The notes below the pieces were generated by a model, which was given only the letters and a program-made list of their open reading frames with translations, searched no databases and was not told where the DNA came from. From Myxococcota bacterium (lineage in GTDB: Bacteria > Myxococcota_A > Bradymonadia > UBA7976 > UBA1532), in the NCBI GenBank assembly GCA_036337435.1, contig JAYZEG010000088.1, forward strand, positions 1 to 59,016: DNA of 59,016 nucleotides. Reading direction: 5' to 3'. Position 1 is the first letter of the stretch. Each line of letters starts with the position of its first letter. The position numbers were made by a program, and so were the translations under genes. This document shows, in pieces, positions 17,513 to 27,705 of the stretch.

Positions 17513-18907
17513 TCAGCGTTCTCGACAGACGAAGTCAATACACGCCGTTGTCGCACCGCAGCATTCATCTGTTGTCGCACAGGTCTCTCCGACTTCACGG
17601 CAGACATCACACTCCCCAGCGAAACAGCCCAATCCCGTGCAGCAATCAACTCGCCCATTGCAGGCGCCGTCTTGAGGGTTACAGAATGTGAACGTGACAT
17701 CTGCGCACTGGCCAAGGCCGCAGCCGACACCGCCGGTCTCATCATCACATTCACTCACAGCATTTTTTGTCTCCGTGTGCCATACACCAGCAACGTCGGC
17801 ACTGGCGGTGATCCGCCAAGCGTAATCGCTTCCAGCGGCATTATTAAAGTCACATGCGACTTGATTGCAGCCTAGATTACCGGGGCCTCGAGCACCGATA
17901 CTGACGCTTGCCGGGCGTGGTTCCCCGAATTGATTAACGACGGCGACGTCAGCGCAGGCCCGCCCCGGGAAAGGGGGTGGGAAATCGAGGTTTTTGGTCG
18001 AGAAGTGAGTGGCTTCAGTTTCCATGATCCCTGCAACGGCGTCGTAGCTCTTCTGGACATCGGTGTCCTCTACCCATTCACCTGTGCTCGTATCTAAAGA
18101 ATAAATATTGAGATGCCCAGCCTCAGCGGTTGTGGCCGCCATCCCCTGAAGTAGTTCGTTGACCTTCATGCGCCAGCCAATGGTTTGACCTGGGCGTACG
18201 TTGAGTCTTTCGCTCCCTTGGAAGAATTCGACTCGAAACATGCCTAGACTGGTCAGCGGACCGTCATTGGTGATGAGGTCAGAGGGCATGGATGTTGGCT
18301 CATCCACGGCCGGATCCCAAGTTTGGTAACGAAGTTCAACATCGCCAGTGGCCGCTTCTCCGTCTCCATTCTGTAATCCAAGATCCGCGGGCTCAATGAT
18401 CAAGGTAACCGGCTCCAAAGACCCCCCCGTTGTATCGCCAAGAGTTACTTCGAGTTGGCCGCTGGTCGGAATCGTGATGACTTTCGACTGGCGAGTATTC
18501 ATCGTGACATGGATGTGCTGCTGCATCCCCGGGGTTTCTTCAATCACACGGTAGACATCGTCATATCCATCGGCGACGAACCGAGCCACGTATTTTTGCT
18601 CGTCACTGACCTCAATCGTGGCCACGCCCTCTGCATTGGTACGACTGGCCGGCTCGCCCGCCGGCGCATCGTGCCCAAAACTTGGTCGATGGTCTGGTCC
18701 CGGCGCGACGTATCGGGTAAGGAAAACAGAGACGTTCTCGAGAGCAACGGCCGCCGATTCTCCATCGACGCCATCCACTTTGACCAAGAACTGCGCGGCT
18801 GTGCCGGTGGGGGCATTCGGCTGTTCTTCGCCTGTTGAGTCGGTTTTTGAGGCCTCGCATCCGATCAAGCCAAACGTGGCGAACAGGATGATCAGTAAAT
18901 TCTTCAT
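17513..18907 (-). CDS. Lipoprotein with carboxypeptidase-regulatory-like domain, HFS-motif domain and Cys-rich tail
   Basis: AAGGAG RBS; lipobox LIGC; RTNAEG; SLGMFRVEF...LNV; YSLD...GEW; THFS; C-terminal CC-containing repeats. Confidence 0.7.
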   Translation of the reverse strand: MKNLLIILFATFGLIGCEASKTDSTGEEQPNAPTGTAAQFLVKVDGVDGESAAVALENVSVFLTRYVAPGPDHRPSFGHDAPAGEPASRTNAEGVATIEVSDEQKYVARFVADGYDDVYRVIEETPGMQQHIHVTMNTRQSKVITIPTSGQLEVTLGDTTGGSLEPVTLIIEPADLGLQNGDGEAATGDVELRYQTWDPAVDEPTSMPSDLITNDGPLTSLGMFRVEFFQGSERLNVRPGQTIGWRMKVNELLQGMAATTAEAGHLNIYSLDTSTGEWVEDTDVQKSYDAVAGIMETEATHFSTKNLDFPPPFPGRACADVAVVNQFGEPRPASVSIGARGPGNLGCNQVACDFNNAAGSDYAWRITASADVAGVWHTETKNAVSECDDETGGVGCGLGQCADVTFTFCNPQDGACNGRVDCCTGLGCFAGECDVCREVGETCATTDECCGATTACIDFVCRER

Positions 18908-18996
18908 GGTTCTCTCCTTCGTGTATACGCTAACTCATTCTAGACCCTTGGAGCCCGCGTTCCACACCGGGGTGAGTCCAGTCCCCAGAAATAGTT

Positions 18997-19012
18997 AGCA
19001 TGAACCGTACCA
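18997..19012 (-). promoter_or_regulatory. sigma54 promoter of the 17513-18907 lipoprotein gene
   Basis: Minus strand reads TGGTACGGTTCATGCT (GG-N10-GC), about 90 nt upstream of the ATG. Confidence 0.55.
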
Positions 19013-19357
19013 GCTTTTCGAGACGACGTTGTCTGAACACAAAAAACTGTTTTTAAAAGCGGTTCGAGAGCACGGTGGACATGACCGCAAAGGACTGTGT
19101 CCGAGGGAGGAATAGGTGATTTTGGTCAATGTCGGGTTGCCGGGCTCAATGTGAACTCAGCGGATTAAGAGTTGAGACACCGAGGCCCATCAACGGGGAC
19201 AACAAGGTGGGAACTACAGAACCCAATTGGTGGTCCTTCGAGTTTCTGGTTCGCTGAGACGGCCTTAAATTTAATCCTCTGTAACGTCCGATATGAGCTC
19301 AAAACGGCCACGTTGTCCGGATGGATAGGGTCTGTTCAGGGCACACATGAAGTAAAC

Positions 19358-19373
19358 TGGCATTTGGTTTGCA
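19358..19373 (+). promoter_or_regulatory. sigma54 promoter of the flp/tad operon
   Basis: TGGCATTTGGTTTGCA (GG-N10-GC with TTGCA), about 97 nt upstream of the pilin ATG. Confidence 0.7.
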
Positions 19374-19469
19374 CACACGATGACGTAACGCTTGCGATCA
19401 CATGTTCTCGTGTCCACAATGAAAAATGGGTACACTAGAGCAGCAGCAATCATAGATGGGAGTACAGAG

Positions 19470-19643
19470 ATGGGTTTTCTCAAAAAGTTATGGAATGACG
19501 AAGAGGGTGCAACTGCGACCGAATATGCGATAATCGTGGCAATATTGGGTGTTTCTTTGGTCATTATCTTAGTGACATTCCGAGGAAGTATATCGGGTTT
19601 CTTCGACAACTTTGCGGGCGAAGTAGCCGGCAGCACTGAGTAG
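19470..19643 (+). CDS. flp: Flp family type IVb/IVc major pilin
   Basis: 57 aa; LWNDEEG/ATATEY Flp cleavage motif followed by a hydrophobic helix; GGGAG RBS. Confidence 0.92.
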   Translation: MGFLKKLWNDEEGATATEYAIIVAILGVSLVIILVTFRGSISGFFDNFAGEVAGSTE

Positions 19644-19655
19644 ATTTAGTCGACC

Positions 19656-20186
19656 TTGTTGGGTGCAGAGCATGCCGTCTGGTCGATCCCGATCACCGCG
19701 GGCTTGTTGGTCGCCTCCTGGAGCGATATTGCGACCAGGCGGATCCCCAACAAAATCACGATTTCGCTCCTTGGTGTGGGGCTCGCCCTCGCCCTCTCCG
19801 GGTACGGGCGCGTCTCTGTCCTAGATTGTCTCGGTGCTGTCGGGGTGTCGTTTGCAACGATGCTCCTGCCCTTTATCATCAGGCTGTACAAGGGTGGCGA
19901 TCTAAAGTTGGTGGTCGCAAGTTCAGCTTGGTTGACGCCTGTAGAGGCGTTCTGGTCCATTTTGTTGGGTGTGATTCTCGGAGGTATCCTGGGCATGCTG
20001 GTTCTGTTTCGAAATAAGCAAGCAAGGGAATCGTTTAAATCGACGGCATGGCTCGCTCTAAATAGCCGGTATGTTGATGGAGACGCACTTCACACGAGCG
20101 ATCGAACGCGGACTGTCCCGATGGCCGTGGCCTTCTCGGTCTCCGTTTTGGCCACGCTTGAGTTGGGAGTACCATGGGTGACGTGA
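19656..20186 (+). CDS. cpaA: A24 prepilin peptidase (CpaA/TadV)
   Basis: SDIATRRIPN and GGDLKL aspartate motifs; C-terminal VPMAVA; directly follows flp. Confidence 0.88.
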   Translation: MLGAEHAVWSIPITAGLLVASWSDIATRRIPNKITISLLGVGLALALSGYGRVSVLDCLGAVGVSFATMLLPFIIRLYKGGDLKLVVASSAWLTPVEAFWSILLGVILGGILGMLVLFRNKQARESFKSTAWLALNSRYVDGDALHTSDRTRTVPMAVAFSVSVLATLELGVPWVT

Positions 20187-20620
20187 TGCAAAAACGCCGA
20201 AATCAGAAAGGTGTCGCGGCCTCTGAATTGGCCATCGCGCTTCCGATCCTCATTTTAGTTGTGGGCAGTGTAATTTCCATTGGACGCCTCGCGCACCTCA
20301 AAGTGAAGCTGGACAGCTTGGGGCACGAGTCGGCCCGTTTCTGCGCGCTTCAGTCCGACCTCATCAATTCGAATCAAATGGACGCATGTATGGAAGTCCA
20401 ACTGGTTCAACGCGGTTTTGATGATTGCAGCACCCTGAGAGTGATCTCGGAGTTGACCAGCCGCGTCTTCACCTACGAGGATCCGCTCACCGGTGATTCC
20501 ATAGACGCACAAGTTCCGCTTGTGAATGCAAGAATCGAGTGTCTGGTTGACCTCATCAATGCAGGACACATGCTCGAAGACACAGAATTGTCAACCACTG
20601 TGATCGCGGGGCGGAATTGA
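20174..20620 (+). CDS. tadE: TadE-like pseudopilin
   Basis: QKG/VAASELAIALP pilin-like N-terminus, hydrophobic helix, ESAR motif. Confidence 0.78.
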   Translation: MGDVMQKRRNQKGVAASELAIALPILILVVGSVISIGRLAHLKVKLDSLGHESARFCALQSDLINSNQMDACMEVQLVQRGFDDCSTLRVISELTSRVFTYEDPLTGDSIDAQVPLVNARIECLVDLINAGHMLEDTELSTTVIAGRN

Positions 20621-21102
20621 TGGGCACGGCACGTAGAGCAGCACGTCAGGCGTCATGTAATCGGCGCAGACAAAAAGGGGTCGTCGCAGTCGAGATCATG
20701 TTGTCGCTCCCCGTCATCATTGTTGCGTTCAGTGGTGCTATCTTCGTCACCACTTATATGAAGAAAAGAGCACAAGTTGAACAATTGCTCTCAGATACAG
20801 TTCGGCTCTGCTCTCGAAACATGGGGGCTGTCACTGCCATCGATTGCGTTGAGCAGGGGCTGCGAGTCAGTCCCAGGGCTGCCCTCTGTAATCCGATGGA
20901 AATCACCGTCGAAGTCCTCGAACGAGGTGAAGTCTATGCAGCCGATGAATTGTTTAACGATGTACCGATTAATTTAGATATCTTGACAGCTTCGGTGAGT
21001 TGTATGCCGGACATTGCGGTCCCGCTGCTCGATATCGATACATTGGCCTTCAAGAGTCAGGTGGCCATGCCAATACGAATAGGAACGGATTTATTACCAT
21101 GA
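20620..21102 (+). CDS. tadE: TadE/TadF-like pseudopilin
   Basis: QKG/VVAVEIMLSLP; paralogous Cys pattern to the upstream gene; overlapping stop/start. Confidence 0.72.
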   Translation: MGTARRAARQASCNRRRQKGVVAVEIMLSLPVIIVAFSGAIFVTTYMKKRAQVEQLLSDTVRLCSRNMGAVTAIDCVEQGLRVSPRAALCNPMEITVEVLERGEVYAADELFNDVPINLDILTASVSCMPDIAVPLLDIDTLAFKSQVAMPIRIGTDLLP

Positions 21103-22028
21103 GCGGATCTTCTCAATCGAAACGAGCAAAATTGGGGGCGATTGGATTTACCATCGTCGCCATTGCTCTGGCATTGTTTAGCGCGATCCTACTCGCGCGG
21201 CTGATGAAAGGCCGCGGCTATGATCAGGACGCATTGGTGAACGTGGTCGTCGCGAAGCAAGACCTTAAGCCTGGAATTGGCATCGAAGATGCTCAGCTTG
21301 AACTGAAGTTATGGCCTAAAAAGTCCATCCCCAAAGGCGCGTTCCGCTCTAAGAAAACACTCCTTGCATCGGCAAATAAAGTGCCGTTACACACCATCCT
21401 AGCAGGGGAGCCAGTTTTGGCGGGGCGACTATCGCATCCGAAGAAGGGCTCGGGCATGGCACCGCTTATCCCTCAGGACCTGAGAGCATTTCCAGTCAAA
21501 ATCGAGCGTTGGGTTGCCGCATCGAAAATGGTGTATCCCGGTGCTTTGGTCGATGTCATGAGCACAGTGAAGCTCGAAGAGGGCGGTTTTACGAGTCGTA
21601 CGATTCTGCAAGGCGTAAAGGTCATTGCGGTGAATGGAGCGGTGGACGGAATGACCTTCATTCGTGGCAATCCGAAACAGAAGAAGAAGGCAGTTAAAAA
21701 AGCCATGTCTGTTGCCACCCTCCTGTTAACGCCGACCGAGGCGGAGGAACTCGCTCTCGCAACGCGCATCGGAAAGATTGATATCGTCCTCAGAAGTGCC
21801 TCTGACGAGGCAAAAATTGAGACCGATGGAGTCAATGTAAAAGCTCTGTACCCATCCCTTGCAGTCACGGCTGAAGCCGACGACAAAGTGCGTCGCCCAG
21901 CACCAGCTGCTGCGAAGCGTCGTCGCACGCGCAAGGCGACAGGAGTGCGCGCCAAGCGCGCCCTCAAAAAGATGAGAAAACGTCGAAAGTCGCCTGCGAA
22001 GTCGAAATCAAACATGGTGGGAGGATGA
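21099..22028 (+). CDS. cpaB: Flp pilus assembly protein CpaB/RcpC
   Basis: N-terminal TM helix; SAF-like VVVAKQDLKPG...ILAGEPV; PGALVDV; ILQGVKVIAV; ATLLLTPTEAEELALA; LR. ATGA overlap with the preceding gene. Confidence 0.9.
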   Translation: MSGSSQSKRAKLGAIGFTIVAIALALFSAILLARLMKGRGYDQDALVNVVVAKQDLKPGIGIEDAQLELKLWPKKSIPKGAFRSKKTLLASANKVPLHTILAGEPVLAGRLSHPKKGSGMAPLIPQDLRAFPVKIERWVAASKMVYPGALVDVMSTVKLEEGGFTSRTILQGVKVIAVNGAVDGMTFIRGNPKQKKKAVKKAMSVATLLLTPTEAEELALATRIGKIDIVLRSASDEAKIETDGVNVKALYPSLAVTAEADDKVRRPAPAAAKRRRTRKATGVRAKRALKKMRKRRKSPAKSKSNMVGG

Positions 22029-22033
22029 CCTAA

Positions 22034-23473
22034 ATGAAGTCTACACCAGTTGCCTTTTTGCTCCTCTTGATGAGCTTGCCCGTTGGTGCTCTAGCCGATC
22101 GGGATGTCTCTGTACCACTGGGAGGTGGTCGGGTGATTAACCTGGGTGGGATTCGTGGTGAGGCTGAGATTACCGACCCGTCTATTGCCTCCTTTCGAGC
22201 CTATGGCCGCGATCTCCTCATCTCGGGAAAAAAGATCGGAGAGACCAACTTACTCATCAAATCCGCCAACGGGAATGCTGAATGGGCCATTCGGGTGACC
22301 ATGCCGGCGGCCGCGGTGCAGACCGAGATCGACAAGCTGTTTCCCAGCGATCGAGTAGTCGCCCGCGCGGTCGGTGGTAGCATCGTTTTGACGGGGACAG
22401 TCGGAAGCATTATTCGTGTCAAAGAAGTAGAGCAAGTTGCGCTCGGATATCTTCGCAGTCCGCAGTTTGTCGCTCTTGGCCTTCAACCACATGTCATCAA
22501 TATGCTTTCGGTCAAAACGCCACAACAAGTCCAATTAGAGGTTAAGTTTGCCGAGGTGAATCGACGCTCGTTTAGAGAATTGGGTGCCAATATAACACTT
22601 GTCAGAGACCCGAGTGGCGGCTCTATGGATACCATTGGAGGTGCCGGTATTGGTGACAATGCGGTCTCCAGTATCGGTAACGTAGACCGCGGTGCCGATC
22701 AAGCGCTGACAGGCGGCCCTGGTGCTGTCAGAGCCATGCCTGCCGCCAATTCATTCGGAACATTCTTTTTTGGGACTCAATTCGGGTCTTTTCCCTTCGC
22801 GGCGACCCTCAGTATGCTCGCACAGCACAATCTGTCGCGAACCTTAGCCGAGCCCACCTTGGTGGCCATGAGTGGCCAGCAAGCAACTTTTCTTGCGGGT
22901 GGGGAAGTCCCGTTTCAGAAAAGCAATGGCTTAAATGACACCTCCATTGAATTCAAGCAATTCGGTGTCGAGTTATCTTTCAAACCCACCGTGCTCTCTG
23001 ACAGCACAATTCAACTCAATACCATGGTGGCTCTCAGTGCTCCTGACTTGTCTTTCAATTTGCGGGGACCCGGCGGGGTCTCTACGTTTGGCTTCAAAAG
23101 ACGATCAAGCGATACCACCGTTCGTCTGAAAGACGGCCAAAGTTTTGCCATCGCTGGCTTGCTCATCGATGAACTCAGCAAGATCACCGCAGCTGTCCCG
23201 GGCTTATCGAGTTTGCCCATCATCGGTATTCTCTTCAAAAGCAAGCGGTTTGAGCGCCAGGAAACTGAATTGGTGGTGGTTGTGACGGTTCGACTCGTCG
23301 ATCCAATGGAGCAAAGTCAAATTCCTCATTTACCGGGGTCAGATGGACCAACAGACCCAACCGACCTGCAAATGTTTCTTCTCAATATAGATTCACCAAC
23401 GGCGACAAAACCGAAGAGGAGGCGGGTCAAGAAGAGACGACGCCCCTCAGGTCGTCTGGGTTTTCAGCGGTAA
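22034..23473 (+). CDS. cpaC: Tad secretin CpaC/RcpA
   Basis: Signal peptide; QQVQLEVKFAEVNR; LAEPTLVAMSGQQATFLAGGEVP; FGVEL; DGQSFAIAGL; VPGLSSLPIIGILF; ETELVVVVT. Confidence 0.93.
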   Translation: MKSTPVAFLLLLMSLPVGALADRDVSVPLGGGRVINLGGIRGEAEITDPSIASFRAYGRDLLISGKKIGETNLLIKSANGNAEWAIRVTMPAAAVQTEIDKLFPSDRVVARAVGGSIVLTGTVGSIIRVKEVEQVALGYLRSPQFVALGLQPHVINMLSVKTPQQVQLEVKFAEVNRRSFRELGANITLVRDPSGGSMDTIGGAGIGDNAVSSIGNVDRGADQALTGGPGAVRAMPAANSFGTFFFGTQFGSFPFAATLSMLAQHNLSRTLAEPTLVAMSGQQATFLAGGEVPFQKSNGLNDTSIEFKQFGVELSFKPTVLSDSTIQLNTMVALSAPDLSFNLRGPGGVSTFGFKRRSSDTTVRLKDGQSFAIAGLLIDELSKITAAVPGLSSLPIIGILFKSKRFERQETELVVVVTVRLVDPMEQSQIPHLPGSDGPTDPTDLQMFLLNIDSPTATKPKRRRVKKRRRPSGRLGFQR

Positions 23474-23493
23474 TTGTTGGGGATGGTGGTGTC

Positions 23494-24555
23494 ATGAGTG
23501 AGCTTAAACGCAAACAGCAAAGGGGCTTTGGTCGGCGGATATTGACCGACAGCACGGCTGTTTTCCGCCTTAAGGACATTGAGTCTCGACTTGAGTCAGA
23601 GGCCTCCGCTCCAGCCGTGGCACCTCCCCCTATACCGGCAACAACCGATCCAGAAATCGAGGTCAGAACTCAGGATGCGGTTCTGCCCGACACCGGCGCA
23701 GGACTTGTTGACTTAAACTCATTCGAGACCACTGCAAGTGTTGCAGATTCGGAGCCATCAACTGTGTCTCCCGCTTTGGCCAAAAAGATTGTTTTCTTTG
23801 CATCCAAAGGCGGGGTCGGGGCAACGGTCATTACGACTCATATCGCAGGCGCTTTGAGTGCTTTAGGTCACCGGGTTTGTATTGTTGATATGGACCTACA
23901 AATGGGTGGCACAGCGTTCGCCTTGGGCATGCAGACAACACGCAGTCTTGCCAACTTAGCCCAGGCTGTAAAAATCGGCGCCGAGGCGGTATCTGACTTT
24001 CCAATCGCACAGCATAGCAGCGGGGTCTACTTATTAGACCAGCCGGATTTGGTTGAAATAGAACAGGTCGGCCCCGATGGCTTACCCAATGTATTAAGAG
24101 CACTCTCTGGCATTTTCGATTTTGTTCTGATCGACGGACTGAGGGATTTTGGCGACCACTCAATTGTGACGATGGATGAAGCCGACCAGATCATTTTGGT
24201 GGCGAACGACGATGTGCCGTCACTTCGATGCGGTTTGCGAGCGACGGATCTGTTTCGGCGACTTGGCTATCCCTCGGATCGTTTGAAACTCCTGCTGAAC
24301 CGAAATAACGAGCCCGACGACGTGTTTCTTGAAGCGGTTACCCAGGCGTTTGGGCGTGATATCGATTGGTCCGTACCTGAGTACGCAGACATGGCGACTT
24401 GTCTGAATGATGGCGTCTTAATGAGTCATGTCGATCCAAAAAATGAGGCCAACATCCTGTTTGAGAATATCGCTCGGGACCTTGCGGGACTGCCTCGGGT
24501 TGAGCCTCCAAAGAAAGGCTTTTTTCGGCGCCTATTCAAGAAGGGCGGTGCTTGA
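23494..24555 (+). CDS. cpaE: CpaE/TadZ MinD-like pilus localisation ATPase
   Basis: Deviant Walker A SKGGVGAT; VDMDLQMG; C-terminal amphipathic KKGFFRRLF; no recognisable receiver domain. Confidence 0.87.
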   Translation: MSELKRKQQRGFGRRILTDSTAVFRLKDIESRLESEASAPAVAPPPIPATTDPEIEVRTQDAVLPDTGAGLVDLNSFETTASVADSEPSTVSPALAKKIVFFASKGGVGATVITTHIAGALSALGHRVCIVDMDLQMGGTAFALGMQTTRSLANLAQAVKIGAEAVSDFPIAQHSSGVYLLDQPDLVEIEQVGPDGLPNVLRALSGIFDFVLIDGLRDFGDHSIVTMDEADQIILVANDDVPSLRCGLRATDLFRRLGYPSDRLKLLLNRNNEPDDVFLEAVTQAFGRDIDWSVPEYADMATCLNDGVLMSHVDPKNEANILFENIARDLAGLPRVEPPKKGFFRRLFKKGGA

Positions 24556-25859
24556 TGTCAAAACGCTTGTCAGATCGGCTCGCGCCCAAGGCTGCTCGGG
24601 CGGAGAAAAACGACGTCGGTGCCATCGCGACCATAATAAAGGGGAAAGTCATTGACCGAATTGACCATGCGGCCCTGAGTCAATTCGATGAGGCTGAAAA
24701 AAGAAAGCATCTTCGTACAGAGATCGAGCGGCTACTCGACCAGGGAGAATTCAAGCTCTCCAGTTACGAGCGTCAAGAAATTTGCCAAGCTGTCTTGGAC
24801 GAGATCCTCGGTCTCGGGCCCTTGGAGGCGTTGTTGGGTGATCCTGCGGTTTCAGACATCCTCGTAAACGGTCCAGACACCATCTATGTGGAGCGCCATG
24901 GCCGCCTGGAACGCGCCCATGTCCGATTTCGTGATGGACTCCATTTAGTCAACACAATTAGTCGGATCGCAGCCAAGGTGGGTAGACGTGTCGATGAATC
25001 GTCGCCAATCGTTGATGCGCGCCTTCCGGATGGCTCACGGGTAAACGCCATCATACCGCCATTGGCCTTAGATGGTGCGGCTTTATCCATTCGTCGTTTT
25101 GGCACCAAGGCTCTGTCGATCGACGACTTGGTGGGTTTTGGTGCCATGAATGACGACATGCGCAATTATCTCCGAGCCGCCGTGATCGCGAAGTGTAACA
25201 TTTTGGTGAGCGGTGGGACCGGTGCCGGGAAAACGACATTACTCAACGCATTGAGCAACTTTGTACCGGATGGGGAGCGCGTCATTACCCTTGAGGACTC
25301 GGCCGAACTCCAGCTCCAGGGTGCTCACACGGTTCGATTGGAAAGTCGACCGGCCAACATGGAGGGTCGGGGACAAATCACCATCGGCGATTTAATGAAA
25401 AATGCACTTCGCATGCGGCCCGACCGCATCATCGTCGGTGAGGTCCGCGGTGCTGAGGCTCTGGACATGTTACAAGCGATGAACACGGGTCATGAAGGCT
25501 CCATGGGAACTTTGCATGCCAACTCCCCAGATGATGCACTTCAACGATTGGTCACCATGATCACCATGGGCGGTGGGCAATTACCACCAAAGACATTGAA
25601 CCAAATTATTGGGCGGACTTTGCATGTGATCGTGCAGGCCGCACGTCTGCCCGATGGCAGCCGTCGAATCACCAGCATCATGGAGGTATTGGCTGTCGAA
25701 GATGGCGAGATTAAAACCCAAGAGGTCTTTATCTATGACCGGACAGGAATGGATGCCAATGGCCGTATCATCGGTGAGCATGCCTACATTTCAGAAAGTA
25801 CATTTCTCGATAAGTTTTACCGTGTAGGCGCATTGACGCCACCGAAAGAGGGATATTGA
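24555..25859 (+). CDS. cpaF: Tad motor ATPase CpaF/TadA
   Basis: GLGPLEALL, DILVNG, VDARLPDGSRVN, GGTGAGKTT, LEDSAEL, ALRMRPDRIIVGEVRG, AMNTGHEGS. No FHA domain. Confidence 0.96.
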   Translation: MSKRLSDRLAPKAARAEKNDVGAIATIIKGKVIDRIDHAALSQFDEAEKRKHLRTEIERLLDQGEFKLSSYERQEICQAVLDEILGLGPLEALLGDPAVSDILVNGPDTIYVERHGRLERAHVRFRDGLHLVNTISRIAAKVGRRVDESSPIVDARLPDGSRVNAIIPPLALDGAALSIRRFGTKALSIDDLVGFGAMNDDMRNYLRAAVIAKCNILVSGGTGAGKTTLLNALSNFVPDGERVITLEDSAELQLQGAHTVRLESRPANMEGRGQITIGDLMKNALRMRPDRIIVGEVRGAEALDMLQAMNTGHEGSMGTLHANSPDDALQRLVTMITMGGGQLPPKTLNQIIGRTLHVIVQAARLPDGSRRITSIMEVLAVEDGEIKTQEVFIYDRTGMDANGRIIGEHAYISESTFLDKFYRVGALTPPKEGY

Positions 25860-26785
25860 TGACGGCTGTTGTTGTCACCATAGGCCTTGCTGTTTTCTGC
25901 GTGTTGCAAGCGCTGTATTGGTTTGGTCGGGGCCGTTCGAGTGCCCGGGCCAATGCCCTTCTCGAACGCTTGGGTGGGGCGTCTTCTGTCCAGGATGTCA
26001 CCTTACTCAAACAGGTTGATGAATCTGGCTCATTGCGATCATCGATTCACGATATGCTTCGGCAGGCTGGAGAACCAGAACAGATTTTTCCCTTCCTTGT
26101 GAAAGTCATCAACTGGGCTCTCATCGGTGCTGTACTCGGTCTCGTTGCCGGTGGCTCACTGGTCGCCTTGAGTCTGGGTGCAATCATCGGCTGCATTTTG
26201 CCTCTCGTGCGATTGAACCAACGGCGCCGTCAACGTTTGGTTCAGATAGAGAAGAACCTACCTGAGGCCCTGCAAGTTTTGATCATCTCTTTGAAATCTG
26301 GTCATGCCATGCCCAAGGCCATCGCGACGACAGCCGACGAGATGTCTGGACCGTTGCGCAGCGAGCTTCAGATCCTGGCAGATGAACTTCGGCTTGGACG
26401 CAGTGTTGAAGTGGGTTTTCTTCGACTTGGCCAGAGATTAGAGCGATTGCAAACAGTGCGGACCTTTGTTGTTGCGGTCGTTGTTCTACAGCAGACAGGC
26501 GGCAATATGGTTGAAGTCCTCGAGCAGTTGGTTGAGGCCTTACACGAGCAATCTCAATACGCGCGAAAACTCGCTGCCATGACCGCCGAAGGTCGTATGA
26601 GTGCCCGCATACTCTGTGGCCTGCCTCCGGTGTTTCTAGGCCTGACTGCAATGGCCGCCCCTGATTACGTCGGCGGCCTCCTCAATGCGGGTGCCGGCAT
26701 CGCCATTCTTCTGGTCGCTATCACCCTGTATGTGAGCGGCGTTCTTTGGGTCCGTAAATTGGTTGACCCAGGGGGGGGCGTTTGA
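25859..26785 (+). CDS. tadB: Tad inner-membrane platform protein TadB (T2SSF family)
   Basis: LPEALQVLIISLKSGH, QQTGGNMVEVL, AMTAEGRMSA, C-terminal TM helices. Confidence 0.9.
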   Translation: MTAVVVTIGLAVFCVLQALYWFGRGRSSARANALLERLGGASSVQDVTLLKQVDESGSLRSSIHDMLRQAGEPEQIFPFLVKVINWALIGAVLGLVAGGSLVALSLGAIIGCILPLVRLNQRRRQRLVQIEKNLPEALQVLIISLKSGHAMPKAIATTADEMSGPLRSELQILADELRLGRSVEVGFLRLGQRLERLQTVRTFVVAVVVLQQTGGNMVEVLEQLVEALHEQSQYARKLAAMTAEGRMSARILCGLPPVFLGLTAMAAPDYVGGLLNAGAGIAILLVAITLYVSGVLWVRKLVDPGGGV

Positions 26786-27705
26786 TGTTTGATGCATGGA
26801 CCGAACAGACGACTATGGTCGCACTTGGCCTGGTGGCTGCGGCCTTGGTGATCTCCATTTCCTTAGCCGTTCAGCGTTGGCTCTACGCCTCCACTCTCAA
26901 AAAAGCCGAGCGCGCCGGCGATAATGAAAAGCTGAGCGAATTGATCGCGGCCTGGCAGCCGTCTGGAGGCCTATCGGGCATTTTCGCAGCGGCTTTTCGG
27001 CCACAGCCCGGGACATCAGATTTCAATGAACTCTCCCGATTGATGTTCTATGCGGGTCGACGTGGACGTGATGCCATGGACAAGTATCTCGCAAAGAGAG
27101 TCTACGTCCTTCTCGGTGGCGCGCTTTTCTGCGCGCTCCTGGTGCTTGTTTTCGGTCAAGCGGCAGCCATTCTGGTGCCGCTCATTTTGGGGGGCTCATT
27201 TCTCGCACCAAAAATGCTTTTACGAGCCGAAGCCCAGGGCCGCCAAGAGCGAATCGAACTCGCATTACCTACCGCTTTGGATCTTTTAGAAGCGTGTATC
27301 GAAGCCGGATTGGGTCTGGAGCAAGCCCTGAGCCGAGTGGCGGCTGAATTAGGCGGCAGCGCGCCAGATATTGCAGACGAACTCAGCGTTTTAGTCGGAG
27401 AGATTCGGGCGGGCCTACCCACGGCTGATGCATTCCGTAAATTGTCTGAGCGCGTCGAGGTGGATGAAGTCAAAACCATGTGTTCGATGATGATTCAATC
27501 GGCGAGTCTAGGTGCCCCTTTGTCGAAAACACTGAAGCAATATTCGGCGACATCTCGAAAGCGTCGGGGCTTGTTTTTAGAAGAACGGGCAGGGAAGGTC
27601 ACAGCAGCCATGACGTTGCCCCTGACCATTTGTCTCTTGCCTTCAGCACTGCTGATGGTCCTTGGCCCAGCCATTGTGGCTGTTTTGGAGTCATTTGGTG
27701 ATTAG
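26785..27705 (+). CDS. tadC: Tad inner-membrane platform protein TadC
   Basis: LPTALDLLEACIEAGLGLEQAL, QSASLGAPL, EERAGK, PLTICLLP...LGPA. Confidence 0.9.
   Translation: MFDAWTEQTTMVALGLVAAALVISISLAVQRWLYASTLKKAERAGDNEKLSELIAAWQPSGGLSGIFAAAFRPQPGTSDFNELSRLMFYAGRRGRDAMDKYLAKRVYVLLGGALFCALLVLVFGQAAAILVPLILGGSFLAPKMLLRAEAQGRQERIELALPTALDLLEACIEAGLGLEQALSRVAAELGGSAPDIADELSVLVGEIRAGLPTADAFRKLSERVEVDEVKTMCSMMIQSASLGAPLSKTLKQYSATSRKRRGLFLEERAGKVTAAMTLPLTICLLPSALLMVLGPAIVAVLESFGD

Noticed and set aside
18951..18988. GC-rich stretch (GAGCCCGCGTTCCACACCGGGGTGAG) vaguely like a type I-E CRISPR repeat
   Set aside because: Single copy, poor match, lies in a 5' leader.
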